Below, in pieces: positions 51,091 through 63,944 of a stretch of DNA of 64,000 nt; position 1 is the first letter of the stretch; every line of letters starts with the position of its first letter. The notes below the pieces were generated by a model. The model had not been told where the DNA came from. It saw only the letters and a list, made by a program, of their open reading frames with translations, and did not search any database. The position numbers and the translations under genes were made by a program. Source of the DNA: an uncultured Collinsella sp. (GTDB lineage: Bacteria; Actinomycetota; Coriobacteriia; Coriobacteriales; Coriobacteriaceae); the NCBI GenBank assembly GCA_958450865.1, contig CAUDNY010000008.1:56748-120747 (forward strand), in the 5' to 3' direction.

Positions 51091-51834
51091 ATGCAGACGG
51101 TCTATCGGGTATACGAGGGAACGCGCGAGCCGCATCGGCTTGCCGTCGAGCGCACGGCCGAGGTGCTCGGCCGCGGCGGCCTGGCTTTGATCCCGACCGA
51201 GACCGTCTACGGTGTCGCCGTGGCAGTCAACGCCTTCTCGGACGCCGTGCCCCAAGATACAAGCGAATTCCCATCGTGGCCGCGCGATCCGCAGGCTGCC
51301 GTCAATGGCGCCGCAGTTCCTGCGCTCGGCACCGGCTATCGCCGTATCTTCACTCTCAAGCAACGTGAACTCACGCAAACCGTCGCTTGGCTGGTCGATG
51401 GCGTCGAAGCACTCGACCGCTATGGCGTGGATATCCCGGAAGATGCCCGCATACTCGCGCGACGATGCTGGCCGGGAGCCCTGACTATCGTGGTCAAGGC
51501 AGCCCCCTGCGTGCCGACCTTTATGCGCGCTGCCGACGACACGGTGGCACTTCGCGCTTCGGCCTCGCCCGTGGTGCAGGCGCTCATTCGCGCCTGTGGC
51601 AGCCCCCTTGCCTGCACCAGCGCCAACACGCATGGCGCGCCCGCGCCGGCAAGTTTTATCACGGTGGAGGGTCGCATCCTGGAGGGGGTCGATGTTGCCG
51701 TCGACGCCGGTGAGACCCCGTGTCGCGACGCCTCGACCATCGTGTCGTTTCAGCACGGCGAGCTCCAGATCCTGCGCCAAGGCGCACTTCCCGCATCAGA
51801 GATCGAACGGGTCCTGTCCGACCCGATGCAATAG
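51091..51834 (+). CDS. tsaC: L-threonylcarbamoyladenylate synthase (Sua5/YwlC/TsaC family, short form)
   Basis: GGLALIPTETVYGVAV and ALRASASPV...ACTSANTHGAP motifs. Conserved position after prmC. Confidence 0.8.
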   Translation: MQTVYRVYEGTREPHRLAVERTAEVLGRGGLALIPTETVYGVAVAVNAFSDAVPQDTSEFPSWPRDPQAAVNGAAVPALGTGYRRIFTLKQRELTQTVAWLVDGVEALDRYGVDIPEDARILARRCWPGALTIVVKAAPCVPTFMRAADDTVALRASASPVVQALIRACGSPLACTSANTHGAPAPASFITVEGRILEGVDVAVDAGETPCRDASTIVSFQHGELQILRQGALPASEIERVLSDPMQ

Positions 51835-51847
51835 AAAGGTTTAAGCG

Positions 51848-53389
51848 ATGTCGTTGAATCTGGGCAGCCTGGGCATGGAAGATGCCTCGTTTGACTTTGG
51901 CGGTTCCTACATCATGGCGCTCGACTGCGGCACCACCTCGGTACTTGCGACCATCGTCGACGAGTACGGATGCATCGTCGCGCAGGCACGTCGCAGCGTC
52001 AAAACCAGCTTCCCGCGTCCCGGCTGGGTGGAGCAAGACCCCATGGCGGTCCTTGCTAGCCAGATCGCCGTCATGATGGAAGTCCAGTTTAAGAGCGGTA
52101 TCCACTCCGACCGCATTGCCGCCATCGGCATCTCCAACCAGCGCGAGACCACGGTGGTCTGGGACCGCGTGAGCGGTCAGCCGATCTATAACGCCATCGT
52201 ATGGCAGTGCCGCCGTACCGCGCCGGCAATCGACGCGTTGGTTGAACAGGGTTGCGAGGAGCTGGTGCGCTCCCGCACGGGACTCACGCTCGACCCGTAT
52301 TTCTCGGCCTCCAAGGTGCAGTGGATTCTCGACAACGTCGACGGCGCACGCGAGAGCGCGGCGGCGGGCGACCTCATGTTTGGCACCATCGACACCTGGC
52401 TCATCTACAACCTCACCGGCGGCCAGGTCTTTGCCACCGACTACACCAATGCCAGCCGCACGGCACTCTTTAATATCCATACGCTCGATTGGGACGACGA
52501 CCTGCTGGCACTCTTTGACGTTCCACGTTCCATGATGCCCGAGGTTCGCTGGAGCTCGGGCGACTACGGCCGCGTCGCGAGCGACATCATGACCAACATG
52601 CCGCCCATCATGGGCGTGGCGGGTGACCAACAGGCGTCGCTGTTCGGCCACTGCTGTTTCCGTCCCGGCCAGACCAAAAACACCTATGGCACGGGTTGCT
52701 TTATGCTCATGAACACCGGCGACGAGATCGTCGAATCCAAGAACGGTCTGGTCTCCACCATCGGTATCGCTGCGAACGGGAAGATCGGCTATGCACTCGA
52801 GGGTTCCATCTTTGCTGCCGGTTCCACCATGAACTGGCTTCGCAACAACATGGGCATCATCTCGAGCGTGAGCGAGTCGGCACAACTCGCCGCTTCGATT
52901 AGCGACAACGAGGGCTGCTACTTCGTTCCCGCCTTTGCGGGTCTGGGCGCTCCCTGGTGGGACCCGCATGCCCGCGGTATCGTGTGCGGTCTGACCGGCG
53001 CCTCGAGCCGTGCGACCATCGTACGTGCTGCCTGCGAATCCATGGCATATCAGAGCTACGACGTGCTGCGCGCCATGGAGCAGGACGTGGGGCTTTCGAT
53101 CGAGCGCCTGTCTGTCGATGGCGGTGCCTCGCGCAACGAGTTCATCATGCAATTCCAGGCCGACCTGCTGGATATCCCCGTGCTGCAATGCGAGACGGTG
53201 GAGACCACGGCAATCGGTGCCGCGTACTTGGCGGGTCTTGCCGTCGGCTATTGGGAAGACCTGGAAGAGCTGGAGCAAAATGCCCAGATCGTTAGGACCT
53301 TCCTTCCCCACATGTCCGCCGAGCGCCGCGAACAAAACCTTGCGGGCTGGTGTGATGCAGTCAGGCGCTCGCTCAGTACCGCACAGTAG
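51848..53389 (+). CDS. glpK: glycerol kinase
   Basis: ALDCGTTSV, ISNQRETTVVWD, GTGCFMLMNTG, DGGASRN motifs. Confidence 0.9.
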   Translation: MSLNLGSLGMEDASFDFGGSYIMALDCGTTSVLATIVDEYGCIVAQARRSVKTSFPRPGWVEQDPMAVLASQIAVMMEVQFKSGIHSDRIAAIGISNQRETTVVWDRVSGQPIYNAIVWQCRRTAPAIDALVEQGCEELVRSRTGLTLDPYFSASKVQWILDNVDGARESAAAGDLMFGTIDTWLIYNLTGGQVFATDYTNASRTALFNIHTLDWDDDLLALFDVPRSMMPEVRWSSGDYGRVASDIMTNMPPIMGVAGDQQASLFGHCCFRPGQTKNTYGTGCFMLMNTGDEIVESKNGLVSTIGIAANGKIGYALEGSIFAAGSTMNWLRNNMGIISSVSESAQLAASISDNEGCYFVPAFAGLGAPWWDPHARGIVCGLTGASSRATIVRAACESMAYQSYDVLRAMEQDVGLSIERLSVDGGASRNEFIMQFQADLLDIPVLQCETVETTAIGAAYLAGLAVGYWEDLEELEQNAQIVRTFLPHMSAERREQNLAGWCDAVRRSLSTAQ

Positions 53390-53512
53390 GGCTGCGATGG
53401 GCTGCTCGATACAACAAACCGCTAAACTAATGCATGGCGTGCGGCGGCAACATTGCTGCGCGCCTTGTCAGCAAGGCCGTTTTGCGGCCGCAACGAAAGG
53501 GGCAATCAACCC

Positions 53513-54160
53513 ATGACCGTCACCTACGATGCGTCCCGCGTGACGCTTGTCGATCACCCGCTCGTCCAGCACAAGCTGTCGATCCTGCGCGACAAAAACA
53601 CCGGCACCAACCAGTTCCGCCAGCTCGTGCGCGAGCTCGCGCTTTTTGACGGCTACGAGGCCATGCGCGACCTGCCTATGGAAGACGTCGAGGTCGAGAC
53701 CCCCATCACTACCGCCACGTTCAAACGGCTCGCCGGCAAGAAACTCGCCATCGTGCCCATCCTGCGTGCGGGCCTTGGAATGGTCGACGGCATTCTCGAC
53801 TTGGTGCCCTCCGCTCGCGTGGGCCACATCGGCATGGAGCGCGACGAGGTCACCCACGAGCCGCACGAGTATTACTGCAAGATGCCCAAGGATATCGACC
53901 AGCGCATCTGCCTGGTCGTCGACCCCATGCTCGCCACGGGCGGTTCGGCCGAGATGGCCATCAGCTACCTGCGCGAGCGCGGTGTCAAGGACATCCGCAT
54001 GCTGTGCATCGTCGCCGCGCCCGAGGGCCTCAAGTCGCTGACCGAGAAGGATCCTGACGTACATATTTATACGTGTGCTATCGACGACCATCTCAACGAG
54101 GCTGCCTACATCGTTCCCGGCCTCGGCGACGCCGGCGACCGCATCTACGGCACGCTCTAG
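53513..54160 (+). CDS. upp: uracil phosphoribosyltransferase
   Basis: [36 protein letters not shown] (PRPP loop), [12 protein letters not shown]. Confidence 0.9.
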   Translation: MTVTYDASRVTLVDHPLVQHKLSILRDKNTGTNQFRQLVRELALFDGYEAMRDLPMEDVEVETPITTATFKRLAGKKLAIVPILRAGLGMVDGILDLVPSARVGHIGMERDEVTHEPHEYYCKMPKDIDQRICLVVDPMLATGGSAEMAISYLRERGVKDIRMLCIVAAPEGLKSLTEKDPDVHIYTCAIDDHLNEAAYIVPGLGDAGDRIYGTL

Positions 54161-54202
54161 TCGCTGGGCTAAGACGGCCGCGGCTGCAAATACGAAGAAA
54201 CG

Positions 54203-54237
54203 GTGCGCGCGGTCGAACAAAAGGCGACCGCGCGCAC
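54203..54237 (+). terminator. hairpin after upp
   Basis: gtgcgcgcggtcg - 9 nt - cgaccgcgcgcac (13 bp); no clear T-run. Confidence 0.5.
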
Positions 54238-54352
54238 TCCTGTTAACGGACGTTTTGCCCTGCAGGGTTCGAGAAAAACGTATTACCGTACCTGCGGCAT
54301 AAAGAAGGTCTTAAGAAAACGAACAGGTGCGTATTAACCGATGCTTTTTCGG

Positions 54353-54380
54353 TTGTACTTTAACGATTGGCTCGTACAAT
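54353..54380 (+). promoter_or_regulatory. putative atp operon promoter TTGTAC-16-TACAAT
   Basis: Read directly. It implies that the TTG at 54367 is not the start of the first atp-operon ORF. Confidence 0.5.
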
Positions 54381-54429
54381 AGTCACCAATGTTTGGCGGG
54401 AACTGTTCTGTGAGGCGTTAAAAAGGAAA

Positions 54430-54753
54430 GTGAGGACGCCAGTGTTTCAGATAGCCGATCTGCTCGCTATCGTTGCAGGCGCCATCGCGGGCGCAATTGC
54501 CTTCCTTCCCTTTGTCTTTACGCTCAAGCCGGTTCTTGACGATAAGCAGAATGCGGACATGCTCAAGGGTATGGTGAGTCTGGCGGTCTCGGCAATCGCC
54601 CTGCTCGTCTTTACCTTGGTTGTGTTTGTGTTGTTCGGAGAGGCATTTCGCATGTTCCTCCTGGGCGAGGCGATCGGCTTCGTGGCCTTTATGGCCGCCT
54701 GCGCGGTTCGCGTCGCCAAGGCGCTGCGAGATCCTCATGAGGTCGAAAGGTAA
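54430..54753 (+). CDS. small membrane protein preceding atpB (AtpI/AtpZ-like); start uncertain (GTG 54430 or 54442)
   Basis: Three to four hydrophobic helices. Positional analogy with atpI. No strong motif. Confidence 0.45.
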   Translation: MRTPVFQIADLLAIVAGAIAGAIAFLPFVFTLKPVLDDKQNADMLKGMVSLAVSAIALLVFTLVVFVLFGEAFRMFLLGEAIGFVAFMAACAVRVAKALRDPHEVER

Positions 54754-54756
54754 GTC

Positions 54757-55560
54757 GTGGAAATTTTTGAAAAGCTGCCTGATGAGATTAATCATCTGGT
54801 CAGCGAGTTCAGCTCCACCCCTGTCGTGGGCGATCTGAGCTGCGGCATCACGCAGTACTCGTTTTGGCTGATCGTCTCCACGATCGTGCTCCTGATCGTC
54901 CTGGCCGTGTTCAAGAAGAAGCAGACCCTGGTTCCCAAGGGCTTCTTCGTCAACGGTTTCGAGTACATCATCGAGTACGTCGAGAACGATATCGGCAAGG
55001 GTGTCGTGGGTGAGAACTGGAAGAAGCACTTCCCGTTCCTGTGCTCGCTTTTCCTGTTCATCCTGATCAATAACATGATCGGCCTGATCCCGGGAATGAA
55101 GCCCGGCACCGGCGCAATCGGCTCCACCGCCGCACTCGCCATTTTCGCCTTCGTGTACTTCATCTACTACGGATGCAAGGCTCACGGCGTGATCGGCTAC
55201 ATCAAGAGCCTCGCCCCGCAGGGCGTGAGCTTCCCGATGAACGTGCTCGTGTGGGTCGTCGAGCTTTTCTCGACCTTCCTGCGCCTCATCACGCTCGCCG
55301 TCCGTCTGTTCTGCAACATGTTCGCAGGACACGTGGTCATGGGCTCGTTCGCCATCATGGCGAGCATGTTCATGCAGCCGCTGCTTCAGCAGGTTTCCGC
55401 GGCGCACGCCGTCGGCGCCCTGCCTTCGCTGGCCTGGCTTGCCATCCTCATCCTGATCTATGCGATCGAGCTTGTGGTCGGCGCTATCCAGGCTTACGTC
55501 TTCACGGTCCTTACCGCCGTGTATGTCTCCGAGGCAGAGGAGGTCGCAGAGGAGGAGTAG
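54757..55560 (+). CDS. atpB: F-type ATP synthase Fo subunit a
   Basis: LRLITLAVRLFCNMFAGH contains the essential Arg. Confidence 0.9.
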   Translation: MEIFEKLPDEINHLVSEFSSTPVVGDLSCGITQYSFWLIVSTIVLLIVLAVFKKKQTLVPKGFFVNGFEYIIEYVENDIGKGVVGENWKKHFPFLCSLFLFILINNMIGLIPGMKPGTGAIGSTAALAIFAFVYFIYYGCKAHGVIGYIKSLAPQGVSFPMNVLVWVVELFSTFLRLITLAVRLFCNMFAGHVVMGSFAIMASMFMQPLLQQVSAAHAVGALPSLAWLAILILIYAIELVVGAIQAYVFTVLTAVYVSEAEEVAEEE

Positions 55561-55683
55561 TCTTCCGTTCGCGCCTTAAAGGTAAGCAATTCGTTAAACC
55601 GCCGGTGCCCGTACCCATGGAGCCCGGCAGTTATAAAAAGGTTATCCTGCGTGAAATAAGACACGCACGACAAAGGAGGAATC

Positions 55684-55878
55684 GTGGGAGTTATCGGTTA
55701 CGGTCTCGGTGTTATCGGCGCTGGTCTTGCTATCGGCCTGTCTGCTCTGGGTGCTACGGGTGCTATGGCCCGTCAGCCTGAGGTCCAGGGCCGCGTGTTC
55801 ACCGTCTTCATCATGGGCTCCGCCTTCGGCGAGGCTCTGGCTCTGATCGGCTTCGTTGTCGCGCTGATCGTTAAATAG
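55684..55878 (+). CDS. atpE: F-type ATP synthase Fo subunit c
   Basis: AAAGGAGG before the GTG. Hairpin protein with ARQPE loop and FGEALALIGF carboxylate helix. Confidence 0.9.
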   Translation: MGVIGYGLGVIGAGLAIGLSALGATGAMARQPEVQGRVFTVFIMGSAFGEALALIGFVVALIVK

Positions 55879-55893
55879 CACGGAGCGTCAAGT

Positions 55894-56496
55894 ATGAATC
55901 TTTCATCCCAGAAGAGCGCGATCGCACTCTCCGCGTCCGCGGCCGCGCTGCTCATGCCGGTTTCCGCGTTCGCCGAGGACGGCGCCGCCGGTGCGGACAT
56001 CCTCATCCCTAAGATGGCGGAGTTCATCCCGGCGCTTATCGCCTTCCTGATCATCTGGATCGTGCTGGCCAAGGTCGCCCTGCCGGGCATCATGAAAACC
56101 ATGGAGGAGCGCGGCAAGAAGATCGAGGAGAGCCTCGACGAGGCCGAGAAGACCAAGCAGGAGGCTATCGCCAAGCGCGCTGAGTCCGACTCGATCGTCA
56201 CCGACGCCCGCCGTCAGGCTGCCGACATCGTCCTCGAGGCCCGTAAGGACGCCGAGTCCGAGCGCGCCCGTATCATCGAGGCTGCTCACAAGGAGGCCGA
56301 GGAGATCATCGCCAAGGCCCATACGACCGTCGAGGACGAGCGCAAGTCCATTTACGCCGGTGCCGCGAGCTCCATCGCCGACCTGTCCGTTGCCGTCGCC
56401 ACCAAGATCGTGGGCGAGGCACTCGAGGACGATGCCGAGCAGAAGAAGCTCATCGAGCGCTACATCCAGGAAGCAGGTAGCCTGAATGCCGACTAG
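55894..56496 (+). CDS. atpF: F-type ATP synthase Fo subunit b, with signal-peptide-like N-terminal extension
   Basis: LIPKMAEFIPALIAFLIIWIVLAKVALPGIMKTMEERGKKIEESL followed by a long charged helix. Confidence 0.85.
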   Translation: MNLSSQKSAIALSASAAALLMPVSAFAEDGAAGADILIPKMAEFIPALIAFLIIWIVLAKVALPGIMKTMEERGKKIEESLDEAEKTKQEAIAKRAESDSIVTDARRQAADIVLEARKDAESERARIIEAAHKEAEEIIAKAHTTVEDERKSIYAGAASSIADLSVAVATKIVGEALEDDAEQKKLIERYIQEAGSLNAD

Positions 56497-56962
56497 CCGC
56501 TATCAGGACAAGGTGCTCGAGACCTACGCGCGCTCCCTTCTGGAAGCCGCTAAGGCCGAGAACCATGTGTTCGAGGACCTCGAGATGATCGAGCGCTTGG
56601 CTTCTGCCAGCCCCGAGATCATCGCCGTGCTCGACACCATGTCCAAGCGCGACCAGCTCGACCTTCTTCCCAAGGTGGCAGCTGCCTTTAAGTATGTTGC
56701 CGAGGAAGACGAGGATGTAGTGGGCGTGACCGTCACCACGGCGATCCCGCTCGACGACGAGCTGCGTCAAACCATCACTAAGAAATGCGAGCAGGACTTC
56801 GGCCGCAAGGTATTCCTTATCGAGCAGGTCGACCCGTCTATCGTGGGCGGCCTGGTGCTCGAGGCCCGCGGCGAGCGTCGTGATATTTCCGTCAAGACGC
56901 AGCTGCGCATCGCGCAGGAGACCCTCGCAAACTCTGCTAATTCGTACGGAGGTGAAGCCTAA
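56486..56962 (+). CDS. atpH: F-type ATP synthase F1 subunit delta (OSCP), short
   Basis: Position, start/stop overlaps with neighbours, and the C-terminal [26 protein letters not shown] motif. Confidence 0.8.
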   Translation: MPTSRYQDKVLETYARSLLEAAKAENHVFEDLEMIERLASASPEIIAVLDTMSKRDQLDLLPKVAAAFKYVAEEDEDVVGVTVTTAIPLDDELRQTITKKCEQDFGRKVFLIEQVDPSIVGGLVLEARGERRDISVKTQLRIAQETLANSANSYGGEA

Positions 56963-58560
56963 TGTCCGAAACCCTCAATGCCCAGGATATCGCCAAGAAA
57001 CTGCAGGAGCGGCTCACGAGCCTCTCCGCGACGGTCGATACGCATGAGGTTTCAACGGTCGACGAGGTAGGCGACGGCATCGCGCGCGTCTCCGGCCTCA
57101 AGAGCGCCATGGCAGGCGAGCTTCTGGAGTTCAAGAGCTCCGATACCGGTGAGACCGTCTTCGGCCTTGCCCAGAACCTTGACCGTGACGAGGTCGGCGC
57201 CGTTCTGTTCGGTGCCGTCGACTCCATCAAGGAAGGCGACGAGTGCCGCACCACTGGCCGCATTATGGATATCCCCGTGAGCCGTGCCATGCTCGGCCGC
57301 GTCGTCAATCCGCTCGGCCAGCCCATCGACGGCCTGGGCGACATCGTCGCCACGCACCGTCGCCCCATCGAGTTCAAGGCTCCCGGCGTCATCGATCGTA
57401 CCCCGGTGTGCGAGCCGGTTCAGACCGGTCTGCTCGCTATCGACTCCATGGTGCCTATTGGCCGCGGTCAGCGTGAGCTCATCATCGGCGACCGTAAGAC
57501 CGGTAAGACCGCCATCGCCATCGACGCTATCCTCAACCAGCGCGGCAAGGGCATGGTCTGCATCTATGTCGCCATCGGCCAGAAGGCCTCCACGGTTGCC
57601 AACATCCGCGAGACCCTCGCTCAGCACGGTGCGCTCGACTACACCATCATCGTTTCGGCCACCGCTGCCGATTCCGCCCCTATGCAGTACATCGCGCCTA
57701 TGGCCGGTGCCGCTATCGGCGAGTTCTTCATGTACAACGGCGAGGACGGCAAGCCCGCCAGCGAGACCAACCCCGGCGGCCACGTGCTCGTCATCTACGA
57801 CGACCTGTCCAAGCAGGCTGTGGCCTACCGTCAGATGTCGCTGACGCTGCATCGTCCGCCCGGACGCGAGGCCTATCCTGGCGACATCTTCTACCTGCAC
57901 TCTCGTCTGCTCGAGCGTGCCGTCAAGATGTCCAAGAAGAACGGTTACGGCTCCATGACGGCACTGCCGATCATCGAGACCCAGGACGGCGACGTCTCGG
58001 CCTACATTCCGACCAACGTCATTTCCATTACCGATGGTCAGATTTACCTGCAGTCCGAGCTCTTCTTCCAGGGTCAGCGCCCGGCAGTCGACGTGGGCAT
58101 CTCCGTGTCCCGCGTCGGTGGCGATGCGCAGACCAAGGCCATGAAGCAGGTCGCCGGCAACCTCCGTCTGGACCTCGCTTCCTATCAGGAGCTCGCTGGC
58201 TTTACGCAGTTCGGCTCCGACCTCGACGAGGCTACTCAGAAGCAGCTGACCCATGGTGCTCGCATGACCGAGCTCCTGAAGCAGCCGCGTTACAAGCCGT
58301 TTGAGGTTGGCGAGCAGATCGTTACGCTGTTCGCTGGCAACGAGGGCTTCCTGGATGACCTGGAGATCGCCGACGTGCTGCCCTTCCGTGCCGAGCTCAT
58401 CGAGTACATGGACAATGGCTTTGGTTCGCTGCTCGACAAGGTTCGCGCCAAGAAGATCGATGATGACACCAAGGCTGAGCTCTTGCGCGTCATCGGCGAC
58501 TTCAAGCAGCAGTTCATGGCCAAGCACCATTCGGATGTTTCTGGATCAGAGGAGAACTAA
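56962..58560 (+). CDS. atpA: F-type ATP synthase F1 subunit alpha
   Basis: GDRKTGKT Walker A; strongly conserved throughout. Confidence 0.95.
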   Translation: MSETLNAQDIAKKLQERLTSLSATVDTHEVSTVDEVGDGIARVSGLKSAMAGELLEFKSSDTGETVFGLAQNLDRDEVGAVLFGAVDSIKEGDECRTTGRIMDIPVSRAMLGRVVNPLGQPIDGLGDIVATHRRPIEFKAPGVIDRTPVCEPVQTGLLAIDSMVPIGRGQRELIIGDRKTGKTAIAIDAILNQRGKGMVCIYVAIGQKASTVANIRETLAQHGALDYTIIVSATAADSAPMQYIAPMAGAAIGEFFMYNGEDGKPASETNPGGHVLVIYDDLSKQAVAYRQMSLTLHRPPGREAYPGDIFYLHSRLLERAVKMSKKNGYGSMTALPIIETQDGDVSAYIPTNVISITDGQIYLQSELFFQGQRPAVDVGISVSRVGGDAQTKAMKQVAGNLRLDLASYQELAGFTQFGSDLDEATQKQLTHGARMTELLKQPRYKPFEVGEQIVTLFAGNEGFLDDLEIADVLPFRAELIEYMDNGFGSLLDKVRAKKIDDDTKAELLRVIGDFKQQFMAKHHSDVSGSEEN

Positions 58561-58565
58561 GCCCC

Positions 58566-60928
<2,363 letters not shown>

Positions 60929-60931
60929 GTT

Positions 60932-61324
60932 ATGCGTATCCGCATCGTGTGCCCCGTGAGCTGCGCCTATGAGGGCGACGCTGCGTTTGTGTCGATTCCG
61001 TCCACGGATGGCGAGTTTGGCGTCCTGCCTGCTCACTCCAGCGAGATCTGCACGATCGACCGCGGTTACGTTCGCGTTTCCGATAAGGCCATGGGCACTG
61101 TCGACCACACGTTTGCCGTGGCCGGCGGCTATGCCCAGGTTGCGGACGATGTCGTGACCGTTCTCGCCGAGCGCGCTTGCGATTTGGCGACCGTCGATGC
61201 CGACAAGCTTAAAGCTGATATTCAAGGTTTTGAAGAGAAGCTGGGTAATTTGTCGGAGGATGATGCACGCCGCGCCTACCTCTATAATGAAATCGCATGG
61301 TGTAAGCTCAAGCTTGCCCAATAG
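60932..61324 (+). CDS. atpC: F-type ATP synthase F1 subunit epsilon
   Basis: Size, position, and GEFGVLPAHS motif. Confidence 0.9.
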   Translation: MRIRIVCPVSCAYEGDAAFVSIPSTDGEFGVLPAHSSEICTIDRGYVRVSDKAMGTVDHTFAVAGGYAQVADDVVTVLAERACDLATVDADKLKADIQGFEEKLGNLSEDDARRAYLYNEIAWCKLKLAQ

Positions 61325-61360
61325 TCAAACGATTTAGCGTTCGACCATTTGCGAACACAT

Positions 61361-61399
61361 CATGCCCGGGATGGCCCAGCCACCCCGGGCATGCTTTTT
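61361..61399 (+). terminator. intrinsic terminator of the atp operon
   Basis: catgcccggg - 13 nt - cccgggcatg followed by CTTTTT. Confidence 0.8.
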
Positions 61400-61412
61400 G
61401 AAAGGGTAGACC

Positions 61413-62696
61413 TTGGATATTATCCGCGTTGAGGGTGGCCACGCCATCGGAGGCTCCGTGCCCGTCTCGGGTGCCAAGAACTCCGCGCTCAAACTCATGG
61501 CGGCAACGCTTCTGGCGCCGGGCAAGACGACGCTGCAGAACGTGCCCGATATTTCCGATGTTCACGTGATGGGCAAGGTGCTCAAGGGCATGGGCGCTAC
61601 GATCGATGTTCTCGACGAGCACACGCTCGAGATTGATACCTCTCAGGTCGATTCATGGGAGGCCCCCTACGAGCTCGTTGCCAAGATGCGTGCTTCCACC
61701 GCCGTCATGGGACCCCTGCTGGGCCGCTTCCATCGCGCCAAGATTGCCATGCCGGGCGGCTGCAACCTGGGTGCTCGCAAGATCGATATGCACATTCTGG
61801 GTCTCGAGGCCCTGGGCGTTGAGTTCGATACCGCCCACGGTTACATCAACGCTAATGCGCCCCAAGGTCTGCGCGGTACCACCGTCACGCTCGAGTTCGC
61901 CAGCGTCGGTGCGACCGAGAACCTCATCATGGCCTCTGTGCGCGCACAGGGCACCACGGTTATCGACAATGCCGCCCGCGAGCCCGAGATTGTCGATCTC
62001 GCCAACATGCTCAACGAGATGGGCGCCAAGATTGTAGGCGCCGGTACGCCCGTCGTGACTATCGAAGGCGTGGAAGAGCTCCATCCCGTTACCCATCGCG
62101 TGGTGGGCGACCGCATCGAGGCCGGTACCTTTATCGTTGCCGGTGCGTTGATGGCCGACGATCGCGGTGTCGATGTCACGGGCTTTTGCCCCATTCACTT
62201 GGGCATGGTGCTCAAGAAGATGGAGCTCATGGGTATCGACTGCGAGCGCGTCGAGGATGGCGTCCATGTGAACCGTGCCGAGCGTATCAAGCCGGTCGAC
62301 ATCCAGACGCTTCCGTTCCCCGGCTTCCCGACGGACATGCAGGCGCAGATTATGGTACTCTCCGCCCTTGCCGATGGTAGCTCCGTTATCACCGAGAACA
62401 TCTTCGAGAATCGCTTTATGTTTGCCTCTGAGCTGGTACGCATGGGTGCCGACATTCGTATCGAGAGCCATCATGCCATGATTCATGGCGTCAAGGGCTT
62501 CTCGGGTGCACAGGTTACCTCGCCCGATCTGCGTGGCGGAGCGGCCCTCGTCGTAGCGGGCTTGATCGCCGACGGGACGACCGAGGTTTCGGCTATCCAT
62601 CACATCAAGCGCGGCTACGAGCAGTTTGTCGAAAAGCTGCAGGCGCTCGGCGCGCATGTCGAGCATGCTACCGTCCCCGATCCCGTCATCTACTAA
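61413..62696 (+). CDS. murA: UDP-N-acetylglucosamine 1-carboxyvinyltransferase
   Basis: TTG start after AAGGG. VSGAKNSALKLMAA and the active-site loop PGGCNLGARKID (Cys). Confidence 0.9.
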   Translation: MDIIRVEGGHAIGGSVPVSGAKNSALKLMAATLLAPGKTTLQNVPDISDVHVMGKVLKGMGATIDVLDEHTLEIDTSQVDSWEAPYELVAKMRASTAVMGPLLGRFHRAKIAMPGGCNLGARKIDMHILGLEALGVEFDTAHGYINANAPQGLRGTTVTLEFASVGATENLIMASVRAQGTTVIDNAAREPEIVDLANMLNEMGAKIVGAGTPVVTIEGVEELHPVTHRVVGDRIEAGTFIVAGALMADDRGVDVTGFCPIHLGMVLKKMELMGIDCERVEDGVHVNRAERIKPVDIQTLPFPGFPTDMQAQIMVLSALADGSSVITENIFENRFMFASELVRMGADIRIESHHAMIHGVKGFSGAQVTSPDLRGGAALVVAGLIADGTTEVSAIHHIKRGYEQFVEKLQALGAHVEHATVPDPVIY

Positions 62697-62708
62697 TACA
62701 GGTTGCCT

Positions 62709-63944
62709 ATGTTTAATAAAAAGCCCCTCGCGGATACCACCACCCGAAGACCCTCAACTGGTGCGCAGGCCAAGATCTACAGTCGCGATAACGTGGCTCG
62801 CTATTCCGAGCGAGCTCGCCAACGTCGTCGTAGCCACACGATTCGTCACGTCGCGCTCATTGTCGTGCTTGGCGTGCTGCTGAGTGCCACTACCGCTGCC
62901 GGCCTGTGGTTTGCCACCATTATGGGCAAGCTCGGCGATTCTAATGTCATTACCGACAATCTGCGTCGGGTTCTGGTTGACACCGATGAGGCAAAGGATC
63001 CGTTCTACGTGCTGCTTCTTGGCACCGACGGCCGTCCGGGCGAGGATACGTATCGTGCCGACTCGATTATCCTGGCACGCATCGACCCCACGCAAAAGCA
63101 GGCGACGCTCATTTCCGTTCCGCGCGACACCAAGGTCGAGTACAAGGGCGAGACCATGAAGATCAACGCCTGCCATACCGTTGGCGGCGCCGAGGCCATG
63201 GTCGAGGCGGTCAACGAGCTGTGCGGTGTTCAGATTTCCCACTATGCCGAGGTCAGCTTCGACGGTATGCAGGCGCTGATTGATTCGGTTGGCGGTATCG
63301 ACATTAACGCAACCGATGATGTTGACGACCCCGAGCACCTGGATATTAAGATTACCGCTGGCCAGCAGCATATGGACGGTGCCACCGCCCTTACCTATGC
63401 CCGCTGCCGCTACACCTATGCCGACGGCGATTACACGCGCATGCGCCACCAGCGTCAGGTGCTTGGCGCCCTTGCCAACCAGATTCTCAATAACTTCGAT
63501 GCCACGAAGATCTTTGGCCTGGTTAATTCGCTGTCCGATATGCTCGTAACCGATATGAGCGTTCAGGATATCGTGGCTACGGTCAATGCCATGCGCGGTA
63601 TGGATGTCGACGGAATCTACTCGGCCAACCTGCCCTCGTACGCCGACGACAGCACCATGATCGACGGTGTGAGCTACGTCTTTGTCTACGAGGACGAGCT
63701 CAAGGAAATGATGGAGCGCGTCGATGCCGGCAAGGATCCCAAGGGTCCCAACACCATGGGTCTTTCCGACGGTTCCAGCTCTACGATCGGCGACCTGAAC
63801 AACAACACGTCTGACGACTACGCAAACGGTACCGCAACCTCATCGGTCAGCTCTGACGATTCCGATGACTCAAGCGATTCGAGCGATTCGGACTACTACG
63901 AAGAGCCCACCGGCGACGGCAACGGCTACGAAGCCAATTATTAG
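62709..63944 (+). CDS. LCP-family (LytR/CpsA/Psr) cell-envelope phosphotransferase with acidic Ser/Asp-rich C-tail
   Basis: N-terminal TM anchor. FYVLLLGTDGRPGEDTYRADSIILARIDP and ISVPRDT motifs. Confidence 0.85.
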   Translation: MFNKKPLADTTTRRPSTGAQAKIYSRDNVARYSERARQRRRSHTIRHVALIVVLGVLLSATTAAGLWFATIMGKLGDSNVITDNLRRVLVDTDEAKDPFYVLLLGTDGRPGEDTYRADSIILARIDPTQKQATLISVPRDTKVEYKGETMKINACHTVGGAEAMVEAVNELCGVQISHYAEVSFDGMQALIDSVGGIDINATDDVDDPEHLDIKITAGQQHMDGATALTYARCRYTYADGDYTRMRHQRQVLGALANQILNNFDATKIFGLVNSLSDMLVTDMSVQDIVATVNAMRGMDVDGIYSANLPSYADDSTMIDGVSYVFVYEDELKEMMERVDAGKDPKGPNTMGLSDGSSSTIGDLNNNTSDDYANGTATSSVSSDDSDDSSDSSDSDYYEEPTGDGNGYEANY

